Positions 19,978 through 36,083 of a stretch of 64,000 bases of DNA are shown piece after piece; position 1 is the stretch's first letter; the number at the start of each line of letters is the position of its first letter. The notes beneath the pieces were generated by a model. The model saw only the letters and a program-made list of their open reading frames with translations. It searched no databases and was not told the DNA's origin. The position numbers and the translations under genes were made by a program. This DNA comes from Trichinella spiralis (taxonomy: Eukaryota), in the NCBI RefSeq assembly GCF_000181795.1, contig NW_003526940.1:1716571-1780570 (forward strand), in the 5' to 3' direction.

Positions 19978-21786
19978 TCAAACTTCTGCATAAGAATTTT
20001 TATCCACATAGCACAACCCGCCGACTCTTTTACAATAACCGTCCAGAAAACCGAAACAAATCAATATCAAACAAAGAGTCAAAAAGATACCCAAAATGAA
20101 AATGCCATTGAAAAAATCTAAAAATAAAATTAATCAGTGAATAATTTGATGGAAAAATTAATATTAAAAATACCACAAGAGAAGAGATGAACGAAACAAT
20201 TGGCAGGCGATTTGAATATAAGCCGAGTTTCAGTGTCCAATTGGCGTCGTTTGCCTTCATCAATCAGAAGCTGCTTGACACGATCGAATGAACCATTGTT
20301 CGGGGCCGGCTCCATATTCAATATGTAACAGATTAATTCATAAATGTCGATACTTTGAAATGTATCAACTTGAAAGTTCTTCTTAAAAGCTGGTCCATAA
20401 GCAATAAAGTAGGGGTGCATGTCGGATATTAAATTACTGTAACCATGTTGCCCAACTTGAAACATTATGAATAAATAAGTAAAAATTGTTGTTGCCCTTT
20501 TTGTCATCGTTATTACTTACTTGTTGAATTGTCAGTACTTTCTTCTTCATCCGTTGTGATCAGTCGCCAGTGGAGATCGGATTCAATGACCAACGGCATC
20601 ACTCGATCGCTATTGTTGTAATGATAAAATTCGGGAATTTCGTTCTTTTTATATACCGTCAAATGGGATACTTTATTTTTCAACAAATTATAAATTTCAT
20701 CTTCTTTATCTGATAAAAATAAGAATGGAAGAGTTCCAAAAAAAACCAAAATAAATAGAAAACACTTTTTCACCTGGATTAGGCAACATATTTAAATTTG
20801 GTGAATTGCCAAAAATTTTGTACGAAGAATTGTCCAGAAAAGAGTCGAGACGAATTGCATTCATCTTTGGTACAGAAGCCATGCCATGGTCGGAGGTGAA
20901 AATGAAATTCATCCGATCCAACAGATGCTCTTCATTCAAACGCATCAACAAATAGCCTGCGAGGAAGAAAATTAATGAATAATATATTCAAATTGAAGAT
21001 ATACTTTATGATTAGTCACAAAACAGAAAATCTACCCGTCAATACATCCAATCTTTCGACCATTTGAGAAATTTTCGGCGAATCCGGACCAACCTGGTGG
21101 CCAATTTTGTCCGGCTCTTCGATGTAGAGGAGGCCGAAATTGATCGGATCTTTTTCGTCCGTGAACCAAGAGATCAACTTCTGCACACGAGCAACCCAAT
21201 CCGCACTTCCATTGTAAGTCATATAATGGGTGGGATGTTTGCCGTTGATTGGAACATCACAGCCAACCCACATCATGCAACCGCTACGACGATTCGACCC
21301 GGCCGCATCATCGTTCAACTGCCACAAAGGTATTCCAGAGAAAAATGCCGCATCTGTGGAGGAAGTGTCGACGAAATAGTTGAACGATTTGTTCATTATT
21401 GGATCGAAAAATTTGTTCGCCACAATTCCATGAGATTCTTCGTACAGGCCGGTCACAATGCCATAGTGATTCGGCGCCGTGACCGTAATGTACGAATTGA
21501 CTAGACCGTTGGTCGCGTGGACGCCGTGCTCCAGCAGCCATTGGAAGGAGACCAAATTTTTCGACCTTTCCAAATAGTCCCAACGAAATCCGTCGTACGA
21601 TACCAGCAGCACCAGGGGCGCGTCGGGATCTTTGCTAAACAGGCGACGCCAAGAGGAGAATATCCCTCTGTTGAACATTACACTGATCAGAACACCGGTC
21701 AAGAAGGTACAACCGACCAGAAAGAACAGTGACGATTTGCGCCAACCAGAAAACCCATAAGCTGATTTCGATTTTGAAATATCCAT
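19978..21786 (-). CDS. Ectonucleotide pyrophosphatase/phosphodiesterase (ENPP4/5-like), multi-exon
   Basis: LLVSYDGFRWDY, TVTAPNHYGIVTGLYEESHGIVAN, LYIEEPDKIGHQVGP, IFTSDHGM, GQHGYSN..DMHPYFIAYGPAF, PAPNNGS. The last exon (20117-19978) encodes a TM helix and ends YAEV. Confidence 0.9.
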
Positions 21787-24700
21787 ATTCAATTGTATGA
21801 AAATTATGAAATTGCTTTACTGAAATAAAAAATTTATTACGCTGATTATTTCTGGATTTCAATTAAATTTATTCATCATTTCACACGGATTCTTTTTCGA
21901 CATATCAAATTTCACTTTCCCGACGTGCAATGTTGAATGCTTAAACTCAGTGTATCATCATAACGCACGACAAAATTCAAAAGTTAATAAACTGCTAAAT
22001 ATGAAGAATCAATTTTAACCCATGCCTAAGGGTCTTTCAAGAGATAAATTGAACAGTTGTCTTTGTCTTAAATTTGCGACAAACTAACAAATTCAAATTA
22101 TTTAAAAATTAAAAAGTCAAATTTTGCTAAAAGCTTCTAAATGGTATTCTATTTCAAAAACGGTTTTCTTTTATTACACTGCTCGAATGGCTTCATGTTA
22201 TTGAATTTCTTCAAAATTATCTAAATTATAGAAGCAGAATTTCCAATTGTTATTTTTCCATTATTCATGTTAGAAAAGAATTAAAAACTACAAGTGACTT
22301 TGATTTACATATCATTTACCAGTCACAGTCACCACAAACGTAAACAATGCACTACAAACGCAAATATCATCAGGTAAACAGTTACCATTTAAGATAGCTA
22401 AATGTTAATGTTGATTCTGTGCGATAAATAGAACATTAACATGAGATAGCAGTAATACAATTACAACATGTTGCAACATTAAAAATAATGATGAACTAAA
22501 AAAGGCAAAGTTTGAAATGTTGAAATTGTATCATTTTTTATAACTTACTTACTCACTGGCAATAATTATGAATGTTCAAAAATTAAAATTGTCCATCGAT
22601 GATAAATTTCAGTGATATTATTAAATCATATCATACGGTAGTACAGTATATAGTTGCATTTATACGTTCATGTTCAGTTTAGATGATTTAATTATTTATA
22701 AAGTAGAAATTGAAGAAAAAAGAATTCATTTGCAAGTAATGCTCACTACAGTAATGTCCTATAAAAGGAAAATTTATTCTTGATAAAAATAATTTCACAT
22801 TTATCACAAAGGTATTAATATTTAAAATATTTTGAAATGATGGTACAATTATTTCAACTTTAAATTTCTTTTTAATTGATAATTCATTTTTGAAATAGAA
22901 AACAAACCAAGTTTAATCTATACACGATAATTTGTAGGGATTTTCTAAAAATGACCAACTGTTGGTTTGAATATTTTTTTTTGGAATGATTGCTCACTTT
23001 TGAATAAAGTATTTCATATGATGACTAATGTGACCAATTTTTTAGAAATAATTTCCTCGTAGAATGTGAATAAAATAAAGTTAAAATTATAACAACAACA
23101 AATTTGATTATTCAGACGTGAATTTTAAACATTGTCAACAGTAGGAAATATTTTAATTATGCCTGAATCAGATGGGAAATTGAATTTAGAAAAAAAGAAA
23201 GATAACGGCGCTGTCGCACTGCAGCGGTCTACATTTTATTGTTGAGAAGTGGAGAAAAAAAATGGTAAAATGATGCCCAAACTTGAAAAGTACATAGAAT
23301 GGGATTTTTTTGCAAAACGAGGTTTATTTGGGGGGAAAACATATTTGCAAAATGCCTTTGTTGTGGACGACAATGCTTGGAAAATATACGGCTGGCTGGC
23401 TGGCTGGCTAACTTCGTGAAGTTGCAGCAAAGTGGGTTGAAAGCCGTTCCAGATTTTCTTCGACAAGCTTTCAAAAATAGCCGTTTAGTCAGTTTCTCAA
23501 AAATGACACTACCAAACAATGCTGGCAAATGCTGAACATTTCGACTAAACAACTGCAGGACCTAATTTTGAATAGTATCGAATAGTGTAATTAAGAGATC
23601 ATTTTTGAAAAACAAGAGCAAAAGTATTTTCATGTCCATCAACCTATATTTTATAAAATTTATGAAATTTTTCATCAATACGACAATAAATTCATATCTC
23701 GTTATGGGGTTTTTATTTTTACATAACATATAAATAGTTTTATTTATGGATTTTGCATAATTTGAATAATATCATCAAGAAATTTGCAAAATATCCAAAG
23801 CTTTTCAACATTGCAATTTTAATTCGTGCAAATTGTACTTTATTTATCAAATATTCAATTCATGATGATAATGCTAAAAATTTTATTTAATTTTTAATTT
23901 TCCTGTTTGAACAATAATTGCGCATATAAATTTTGCAGATTAATATCATTTTAATTTTGGCACAGTTTGAATAAAAAATGTCGCTATTATGCGCAATTTT
24001 GCAAGGACAGTTTTCGGCCAAGGAAATCCAAAAACTTCGTCTCATCATTTTTCCATCCGTTTTATCAATGAAAGCTAGTCAAAAATGCGTCCAAGGGTGA
24101 CTAACATGTGGCTACAAGTGATGTAAACAATTTTGCAAATAAACTTTGCAAAATTGTTTTACTCCAAAGAGCAGAGAACTTTGCAGGAAAGATTTGAAAA
24201 TGTATTTTGTTTCAAAAATTTTATTTTTTATCAAAATCTACAATATGATTTATTTAAAAAAATAGATTGCATACTTTTGCATACTAATTTTTGCATTCTG
24301 TTTGTCAAAAGTTTGCAAAAATTTAACATTAATTTCATTGATGTAATTAGTAGGCAGAGATTTGAAAAAATTTTCATGTTGAAATGAGGAAATATTTATT
24401 CAAATCATCAAATTAATTATACATATTTGTTATTGATCTATTAAATTAGTATAAAAAATTTAATGGCAAATATGTTTTATTATTTATAATACATCATATC
24501 TTGCATTTGTATTACGAACAAGAGAAGTGTAATTTCAATAAAAAATTTTCAAATAAAAATAAACCGTTTCATTTATAGATTTAATTAAATTAAAAATACA
24601 TAAAGAATAATCACATTTATGCAGAAATTTATATTATAATTGATTGAGTTAATTTAAGTTTTTTGTTTGAAATAAATGATGAAAATGTTGTATTGTAATA

Positions 24701-25561
24701 ATTGAATAAATTTTGTAGTTTGTAATGATAATAATATATAGTTTAAATTTGCAATTGTTGACACAAATATGCATGCGATGATAATGATTTCGATTTGATA
24801 AAAAGGGATATTAAAATTTTATTGGTCATCAAGGACGCCAATGCAAGTGGTCCGACTGGAAGATTATTGTTCAAGAAAAATGATAAAGTGAGTCGCATTG
24901 GTTGGGCGAAAATTTTTTCTCCAATCTTGTGAATAAAACACGCCCCTGCTCCATTGCACTGGTAATACCCCAATGGTCGTCGTTGATTGGCGGAGAGCCG
25001 GCAAATTGGAACAACCTCTACTTTTAACTTGAGGACAGTGTCGCGATTTTATTTCAAAGAAACGAAACAAGCAAACCTTGCGGTTGGTTAGTCTGGTTGG
25101 TTCGGTTTCGCTTGCTTGAAGCATATTCACCGCTTACGCTTGGTGTTTATTCAAATTTGTCCAATTTGCAACAGACTGACCGACCGTGTACTGGACTTGA
25201 TTAGAGGCGCCTTTAGCTGATTGATATCAAAAGCCGTACGTTTTACCTTTTACTACACTCGACCAACGGAACCTTCTCCACTAGCTGACAGCTTTTCTCA
25301 GCCAACTGACCCGTCGTTGACCCCAAACTGACCCTAACCACAAATTGACCAATCTACATTATTTACCTTGAAAGAATGGAAGCTGGAAGAAGAAGAAGAA
25401 GAAACTTGTCATCCTGGCGTTGACCGATGTGCTGTAGGCTGCGTCTGCCTTTCACCACCTCATACAACGACGACGGTTGGTCACAATTTTCTTGAAAATT
25501 TTTTTATTCTCATCGATTTTACTTCTAATTATTTGAAAACTTTTCCAACATCCATCCCATC

Positions 25562-28500
25562 ATGCATCATCTCATCTGGTTGCTCAGCTCTACTCTTGTA
25601 CTTGTCTTCCAATTGAAATTCAATTATGCATCAGGTAAATAATTATTTTCATTTTGAATATTATTTATTTACTTTTCTGCTAATTATAATCAACTTTGGA
25701 TTGATTTATTGTAATCAATAATCAGAAGATTATTATCAGCAATTGTTACTGTTGTTAGTTCAGCTGAGATGAATCTGCTTGATATGCATGCACAGAAAGG
25801 ACGAGAATTTCAATCATTCCAATGGTCAAATCAAAGCCGAAATCAAAATTCCTTCAATGCTTTTTTTCCTTATACAATACAATAAGTACAATGCAATAGA
25901 AATACAAGGTTAAGCAAGGTTTTGCCTTAATTTATTTTTACAAGATAAGATTTTTACAATGGCATTGAAACTTCTGTAACATTCTAAACAATCCGGGTCA
26001 TTGCAACTTTTTCCATATTCTTTTAATAATTGTACAACAACAACAATAATAATTATTATTATTATAATCATAATAATAATCTCATCGATTTATTATTTGT
26101 TCAATCAATTCTAATTTTGCACATGAAATAACAATTATATCGAGAAAAATTCTAATCTCATTTAAAATATTCATATGGAAATTTAATGGAAATTTTTATT
26201 TTTGCTTTCAAAAGTGAATTGAAGATATTGTTTTAAATAAATCAATTAATTGTCGTGTTTTTTTGTCTATCCAACGCGTTGCTGAGTTGTAGATTTGTAA
26301 AATATGGTCGCATATGTCCTTTTGACCTTAAATGCAACGATTCCCTATTTTGCTTTTTGTCCATATACGACCCAAAGTGTACATATATTTCCGGCTCATA
26401 GCAGATGTTTTTGTATTAAACATTTTATTCATGTTCATTTCTTGTCTGATGACTTGGTAAAAAGAAATTCAAGCACAAGCAGGTTTCAGTAGAATTCTTT
26501 CATATTTATAAGAATTTAGGTTTTCCCATCTGTGAATGCAATAAAGGGGCGAAATGGGGTGGGGGAGGGGGAGCAGAGGGGGAGGAGGGCAGAGAGAACG
26601 GCAGAAGGGCAGGTGAAACGAGCATATTCACAGTAAGTGATTGACTGGCGACAATTCTCCCCATTTATTGAAAGCAAAATTAGCCGAGTAGCTTTTCTTT
26701 GGGTAGCTTTTATGTGAAGCTTGTCAATTCTGCAGTCAAGCATGTTCATAACCGTGAGCAAAGTGCTGTTGAGCAGCTTGTGCCTTGAAAATATGCAAAA
26801 CGACTGATGATGTCTTTTTGTTGACCGCCGTCGTTGAAAAATTCGGTCAATTCCATATTCATTACCATCCACGTCATCTGTTTGAAAGTTGCATCACATT
26901 TTCAAAAAAATAAACAAATAAATAAACAACTATATTTTTGAACATGATCATCACAACAACTGCGAATAATAGTTGATTGATTGTTTTTTAATAAATTTTT
27001 ATTTAATTCTATTTTTCTTTTGCAAAAAAAGAAATTCAATTTCAAATACATTCAACTGTACGTGTGCTGTCATCAGTTTATTGTAATGTAATAAAATGAA
27101 GAATGGAATGGGAAAAAAAAGAAAAAAAAAACTAGGCTACATCATCATAGCATCTATTGTCAGAGCAGGATTCTGAATTTGAAACATGCTTGCTCTCTTT
27201 TTATATATTTTATTTTCCACCACATCCCTATGAATCACAATATGATCTGATAAAATCTATGAAGAATTAGATCAAAAAAAATTATGATTATTAATATTTT
27301 TTAAAAATAATAAAATGCAAAATGAACAACTACTGCAGCAGCAAAGTGAAGAAGTATATTTATTCTATTTTTATAATCTATTCACAAATTAATAGTCAAG
27401 ATGTGACCCGCTTTTACTTTCACTTGTTGCTCAAATATGCACAATTTTGTCATTGGTAGTGAATTCTGTTGATAAGCAAAATTACATCTCTGCACAATTT
27501 GAATGCAATTATTCAGACCACCAATTTCAGCTTCTCCACTTGACTTGCTTTTCCAAACAAACATTTTTGTTTATCATTTTCATTTATTTATTTATCTTTT
27601 AATATTCAATTTTTCTGTTCTCATTTCAACAAAAATAAAACTACCTTGAATATAATCATTGGATGTGGTTGTTTAATTGAAACATAATGTATTAATAATT
27701 AATGGATACAAATGTGCAAATAATTTCATTTTATAAAATAACATTGCAGCTTTTGTATTGAAACAAGTTTTGCAAGCTGAATTGTTCAATTGGTCACTTT
27801 CAGCTTATCTGAAAGTTAAACTGAACGGGTGGAAATTTTTCAGTACAATACAATACAGTACAATAGGATACGATATAAAACTTAAGCAGAACGGTTTGAG
27901 GGGAAAAATGGCGTCGATTTCGCGTCAAAATTTGCAGATCAGATGATTGAATAATGCAAGCATAAATATTGTGACCGTAACCTGCAACTATCTTGTTCTT
28001 TTTTCTTCTTCGGTCCGTGAACTTTCCTACCAAACCATTTGTCCATAATCATATATGCATACAAGCTGTTGTACAATTGAAATTTGCTCAATTTGCTCAA
28101 AAATCACCATTCTATTTATTAGTTTAATCTTTGATCGCCAGAATTGAATTGTGTGATTTATGATTGCAAATGAAATTAATTGAAGCAAAATTGAAAATTT
28201 TCAAAAGAAAAAACATTCAGAATTGATTGGATATTGATGGAAGCTTGTTTGAAATTTTTTATTTTAATTTATCAAAAAATAAAAAAGCAAATTGCAATTT
28301 ATTTGCAAATTTACAACTTTTAATTGAATATTTTTTTCATTATTATCATGTTCAAAGAAAAAAAGCCACCTTTTAAATTAAATTGATGTTTTTGAAATGA
28401 AATAGAATTATAGTTTTGCAATTTTCTTTGGAAATCCCATTCCTATAAATGCTATATTGTTGCAGTGTAACAGTGTTGCAGTTTAACAAAAATGAAACAG

Positions 28501-31500
28501 ATGTCATAAATAGCTTATAAATTTAACGATGGTTGTAATTTATTGAATTGAATAAATTTTAATTTTTCAGAACAAATTTCCATCGACGTTGATCGCAAAA
28601 GTCGTGAACGACGTCAGCTACCGTCGGAAATTAATATCCAAGTGACAGCACCGCTGTTCACAGCCCGACTTTACGATTTTGGTCCAAACGAGGGGGACCA
28701 AAGTTTGCCCAAACAATTCGCCAACGCCCATTACAACAACGGCCTGGAGCTTCGACTCAATCGGCCCATTCACTACTACGGGCAGTGGTTTGAGACAATT
28801 TTCGTAAGTTCGCCACAGATGAGTTTGTTTGCCCAAATGACAGACAGTCTATTGCAATTGCAAAATTTGGGTTAAAGCAATTATTTAGTTGTATGCTGTT
28901 TCACTGTTCCACAAGGAAGTGAAATTTAAATAGCCGGTCTCCAGGTGCTTGTAATAGATCGTTCTTGCTTTACGAACAAAAGCGACTCACTGGCATGATC
29001 GTTTGTTTTTTTCAGAGATGCAAATTGAATTTTAAAAAAAATATATGAAAAATTCCAGATTTAATTTAAATTTTAGTCAAAATACATAAATTATTGAATA
29101 AACTTATTGTTTTCAACACAATTAATCATTTTTCAAATATTTCACTTTCATTTTTTTCATCTCTCTTTGACAAGAAAATTTCTTTTATTCTTTTCTCTTT
29201 TCAAATTGGAATTTTACAGAAAAAAATATTAAATTTTTATTATTTAACTTTACTTTTTTGTTAAATAAGGAAGATTATACATTGATCAAAACTATAGGAT
29301 ACTATAACTTTCAATTTCATCCTGCTCATCAATTAAACAATTTATTCTACTCATTTGCATAATAATAGTAATTTGTTGAATAACTTCGTCATATTTGTTC
29401 GATGAAATTTATTGTTTAATAGTCGCCACAAAGTTGTTTATATTATAATAATTTACCACAGGAGACGAGTTCAAGGTTGACAAAGTGCATTAAAGAAATT
29501 AAATTTATATGGCACACGAAGTGCAAATAATTTAACGTAATTTCCACATTAACCAAATAGAATGTATAATTTAGAAGAGAAAAAAAATATTTAGTACTTA
29601 TTTGTTGCAAAAAATATAGATTCATCCAAATGGTATTATTGGATTTGAAGAAAATTTTTCAAACACTGAATCTCACTCGAGCATATTCAATGTGAACAAA
29701 GCATTCATTGCTCCATTTTGGAATCAGAATGATCTGAGCAAAGGTGGCAACGTTTACTACCGTGAAATATTTGGTAAATTTTGTTTTTAATTTTTTTAAA
29801 TCAATTTGCACAATTATTGATTATTTTCATTATTCAATTGTTCAGATGGACGATTAGTTGACCGTGCCAAAAGTGAAGTTCTTTATCAATTTGATCGTTC
29901 AATTCAAGTTTCATCGATAATTTTGATCACATGGGAAAAGATGCAACCACGAGAAGGTGAACTGCTACCGAATGAAGTAAAATTATTTGTTTGAAAAGAA
30001 AATTTTTATTATAATTTCAATTAAAAAATTTTCCAGAACACAAACACATTCCAAATTGCGATTATCAACGCGGGTAATCAAACTTTTGTGAATATAATAT
30101 ACAAAAATATCGGATGGACCCAAGGTGCTGAAGCTGGGTTCAGCAAAGGCACTGCCAATGAATATTATTCACTGCCAACATCTGGAACTGCCAATGTGAT
30201 GTTTTTGAAAGATTACGGTAATACGGGAATTCCAGGAGAATGGATGTTCCAAGTGGACTGGCATAGAATAATCCGTTGCAAAGCTGGTATCAAAGGGGAT
30301 ACTTGTGATACGGGTAATTTCTTTTAATAAACACAAATACAAAGTTGTTTCAATTTAATTTCTCGCAGAATGCTCTAAAAATGAATGGGGTGAAGATTGT
30401 GAACAGTGCTGTATGTGCAAAACAGGCAACTGCAATGCCGTTACCGGTGAATGCAGAAATGAAGAATGTGAAACTTGCTGGACTAATGCTCCATTCTGCA
30501 ACTATTGTACGTGAAAAATTGTTCGTTTTTCCTTTTGTTCCAGTCAATTTATACAAATAAACTTATATAATCTGAATTAAATAAAAGTTCAAGTTGTACT
30601 TTTTGAAATTTCTCGAAATTTACTTTAAAAAATGATTTTCAGATGACACTGCCAAATGTCCACCAAAAGGAACAAAAAAATGCGCAACATACGCTATTTC
30701 TATGTATGAATACACCAAATGTGGAGCTCCAGTAATTCGATGCCAATGTATGGTAGGATATAAAGGCGATGGTGAAAAATGCGAAGGTAATTTTTACTCA
30801 CGCATGCATTCAAATATATAAAATGAATATATATTTTGTCGTAAAGTAAAATGAACAAATTATGATCACTCAAATAATTGTAGATGTAGACGAATGTGAA
30901 GCAGAAAATGTTTGTGATCCGAATGCGGACTGCTTGAACGTACCAGGAAGTTATCACTGCCAATGTCGAGAAGGTTACAGTGGAAATGGCACTACTTGTA
31001 CAAAATTGAAAAATAAATCACCCAACGAAGCTGTATTGGTGGATGAATTCAAATCGACAATATCCAGCTCTATTTTTCCACTGTCAGAGTCGACAGATGT
31101 TAAAGAAAATGAAAAAGTAGAAGAAGGAGAAGAAGAAGAAGAGAATCGCGTCGTTTTGCCGAAACGATTTAATTCACTCGTCTCGTATAAAATGAACCAA
31201 CCACTGACAATTTTTGGTCAACTGCGTGAAAAGCTGACAGTAAGTAGTGATAATAGATTGAAAAAAAACTACAAATGAACAAAATTAATTTTTTCATTTC
31301 AAAGATATCTAGTGGTGGACTTGTAACAGTGAATGGAATTTTACCACTAACTCCGCAGGATCCTCTGGAACGAAGCGGAGTGCAAGGCTTTGCCTTGTTT
31401 TACAGTGCAATCGATTTGTCAGTAAGTCCAGGCATTGTCAGCGTGCAGGAGACCTCCAATGGTGAAATGCTGACTGAGGCAAGCTTAATGATTGGTCGAC

Positions 31501-33078
31501 ATTTTCCAGTAATTGATTTCATGGCTGAAACTGTAATCATGGTTGCCTACGAAAATGTCACCACGGCAAAGACGCAGGTATGGTTGAAATTTTTCTCTTT
31601 TTAATCAAGTTCAATTTTAATAAAATGCAATCATAAAAAAACTGTTCAGGAGATGGTAAACACATTTTTGCTGGTGCTGATCGGTGGTTCAGATGCGCGT
31701 ACTGGTGAGCGAATGACATTTGCCGATTTCGTTTACGAAGATGTGCTGTGGACTGAAAATGCAAAAGTAAAAAAAATAAAAAACTATTGCTTTATGTCGT
31801 TCCAAGTTTGTTTGAATTTTTCCTTCCCAGGCTGCCGTGATGACTCCACTTCACAAAGACACGTTGCAATTGCCAGGTTCAGGTTCCGATGCAATCCGCC
31901 TGCTTTCACATTACAGTAACATCCACGAACCAGGCCAATGGTTGTTCAGAGTTGACAAAGCAGAAGTGGACTTTTGCACTCGACAAGGATTAGTACCACC
32001 GTATTGTGAAGAACCAGAAAAAATACCACCTGCCAAGTTGAATGAGGAGAAAAATTCTTCTGATGAAGAAACAATTCTTATACAAACGCCAGTATTGCAT
32101 GTTCAATTAATAACCACAGTTCCACAAAAAGAATACAAAGAACCAAGCACAGTTACCACTACAACTGCTAGTACGTCAACAACAACAACAACAAAGGCAG
32201 CAACGACGACGACGAAAATGGCATCAACAACAGCAGCAAAAGCTTCTACTGTTGACAGGACGAAAGCTCCGTTAATAACAATGCCAACAACAAACACGGC
32301 ATTATCACGTTCACATGTATTCAGTACGACAATGAAGCCGATTACAAGCAGCAGTAGGATACCAGTACTGGTGACAGCTCAAACTGGGAAACGTACCAAA
32401 CCCGGTTCCACTTTCATGAACAACGATTCCACATTTGACGAAGCAGATGTGGACGAAAATGAGCAAGCACTGGATTCACCGAGTCAATTGGCGATCATCA
32501 TCCCGGCCGCAATAGTCGGAATTTGGTTGCTTTTATTAATTTCCATTGGATTAGTGGTCTGCTGCAGGAGACGGTAAACGTGATACGAAAATAAGAATGT
32601 ATTTTTTGTAAATTTAAACTTCTTTTCTTCAATACAGAATGAACAAACAACGTTTCCGCAGACGATACGAGGCCAATTATCATTTTCAGCCAATTGGCAT
32701 CCCTTCGTTCGACCATGCTCGCAAAAGGGTGCCACTTCCTTCGTCCAGAGGAAGCTTCGAATCGGTGCTTACCGACTACAACGGCTCAATGCAAAACGCG
32801 AATGCGCAATATCATCAAAATGGGGTAAATGAAAATTCAGTTGAAAACCACAATTCATTGCAAAAAGTGCTTCATTTCAGACTTTTAAATTAGTTCGCGA
32901 TACTTATGCACAACCACCTTCAACCAAGCATCAACCATATACCTACTTTGGTCAGGTGAGCTACGACTGAAAGACAAACAATAACAACATTATTACCACA
33001 AAATTTGAATAATGCTCTACTATTATTATTTATTTTCAGCCAGAAAAAACAAGGTACAGTTATACAGAAAAACTTTAA
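25562..33078 (+). CDS. dex-1: NIDO-EGF-NIDO, mucin-like, single-pass membrane matrix protein (DEX-1/tectorin-like), multi-exon
   Basis: Signal-peptide exon 25562-25634 ([24 protein letters not shown]) splices in phase to 28571 ([16 protein letters not shown], furin-like site). Then NIDO ([29 protein letters not shown]), EGF/cbEGF ([28 protein letters not shown]), a second NIDO (PGQWLFRVD), a Thr-rich stalk, TM ([24 protein letters not shown]) and a tail ending YTEKL. The symbol rests on architecture only. Confidence 0.75.
26546..26589 (+). other. G-tract cluster (potential G-quadruplex) in intron 1 of the NIDO gene
   Basis: GGGG-N6-GGGG-T-GGGGG-A-GGGGG-N6-GGGGG-N4-GGG. Confidence 0.6.
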
Positions 33079-33345
33079 CGATGCTGTTCCTGCTGCCACG
33101 CCACGCCACATCTACTTTAATTCTTCCTGCTTTTTCATCCTTTTTTTCACATTTTAGTTACGTAGAGCATAATATTCTTTTTTTCTGTTGCCAATGAAAT
33201 TATTCTGTAGACAAATGCTTACGGCTGTCATGCTTTTTAATAAAATTCAAAATCACTGATCTCAAGCAGAAGTAAAAAACTAACGTAAATTATAAACAAA
33301 TTTTAAAATCTGCATCACGTGAACCATGTCTTCGTTATTCTTTTA

Positions 33346-36083
<2,738 letters not shown>

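Noticed and set aside
21064..21732. Long antisense ORFs over ENPP exon 1 (similar ones lie over DYRK1, ZNRF3 and LSM5)
   Set aside because: Shadow frames of real coding exons.
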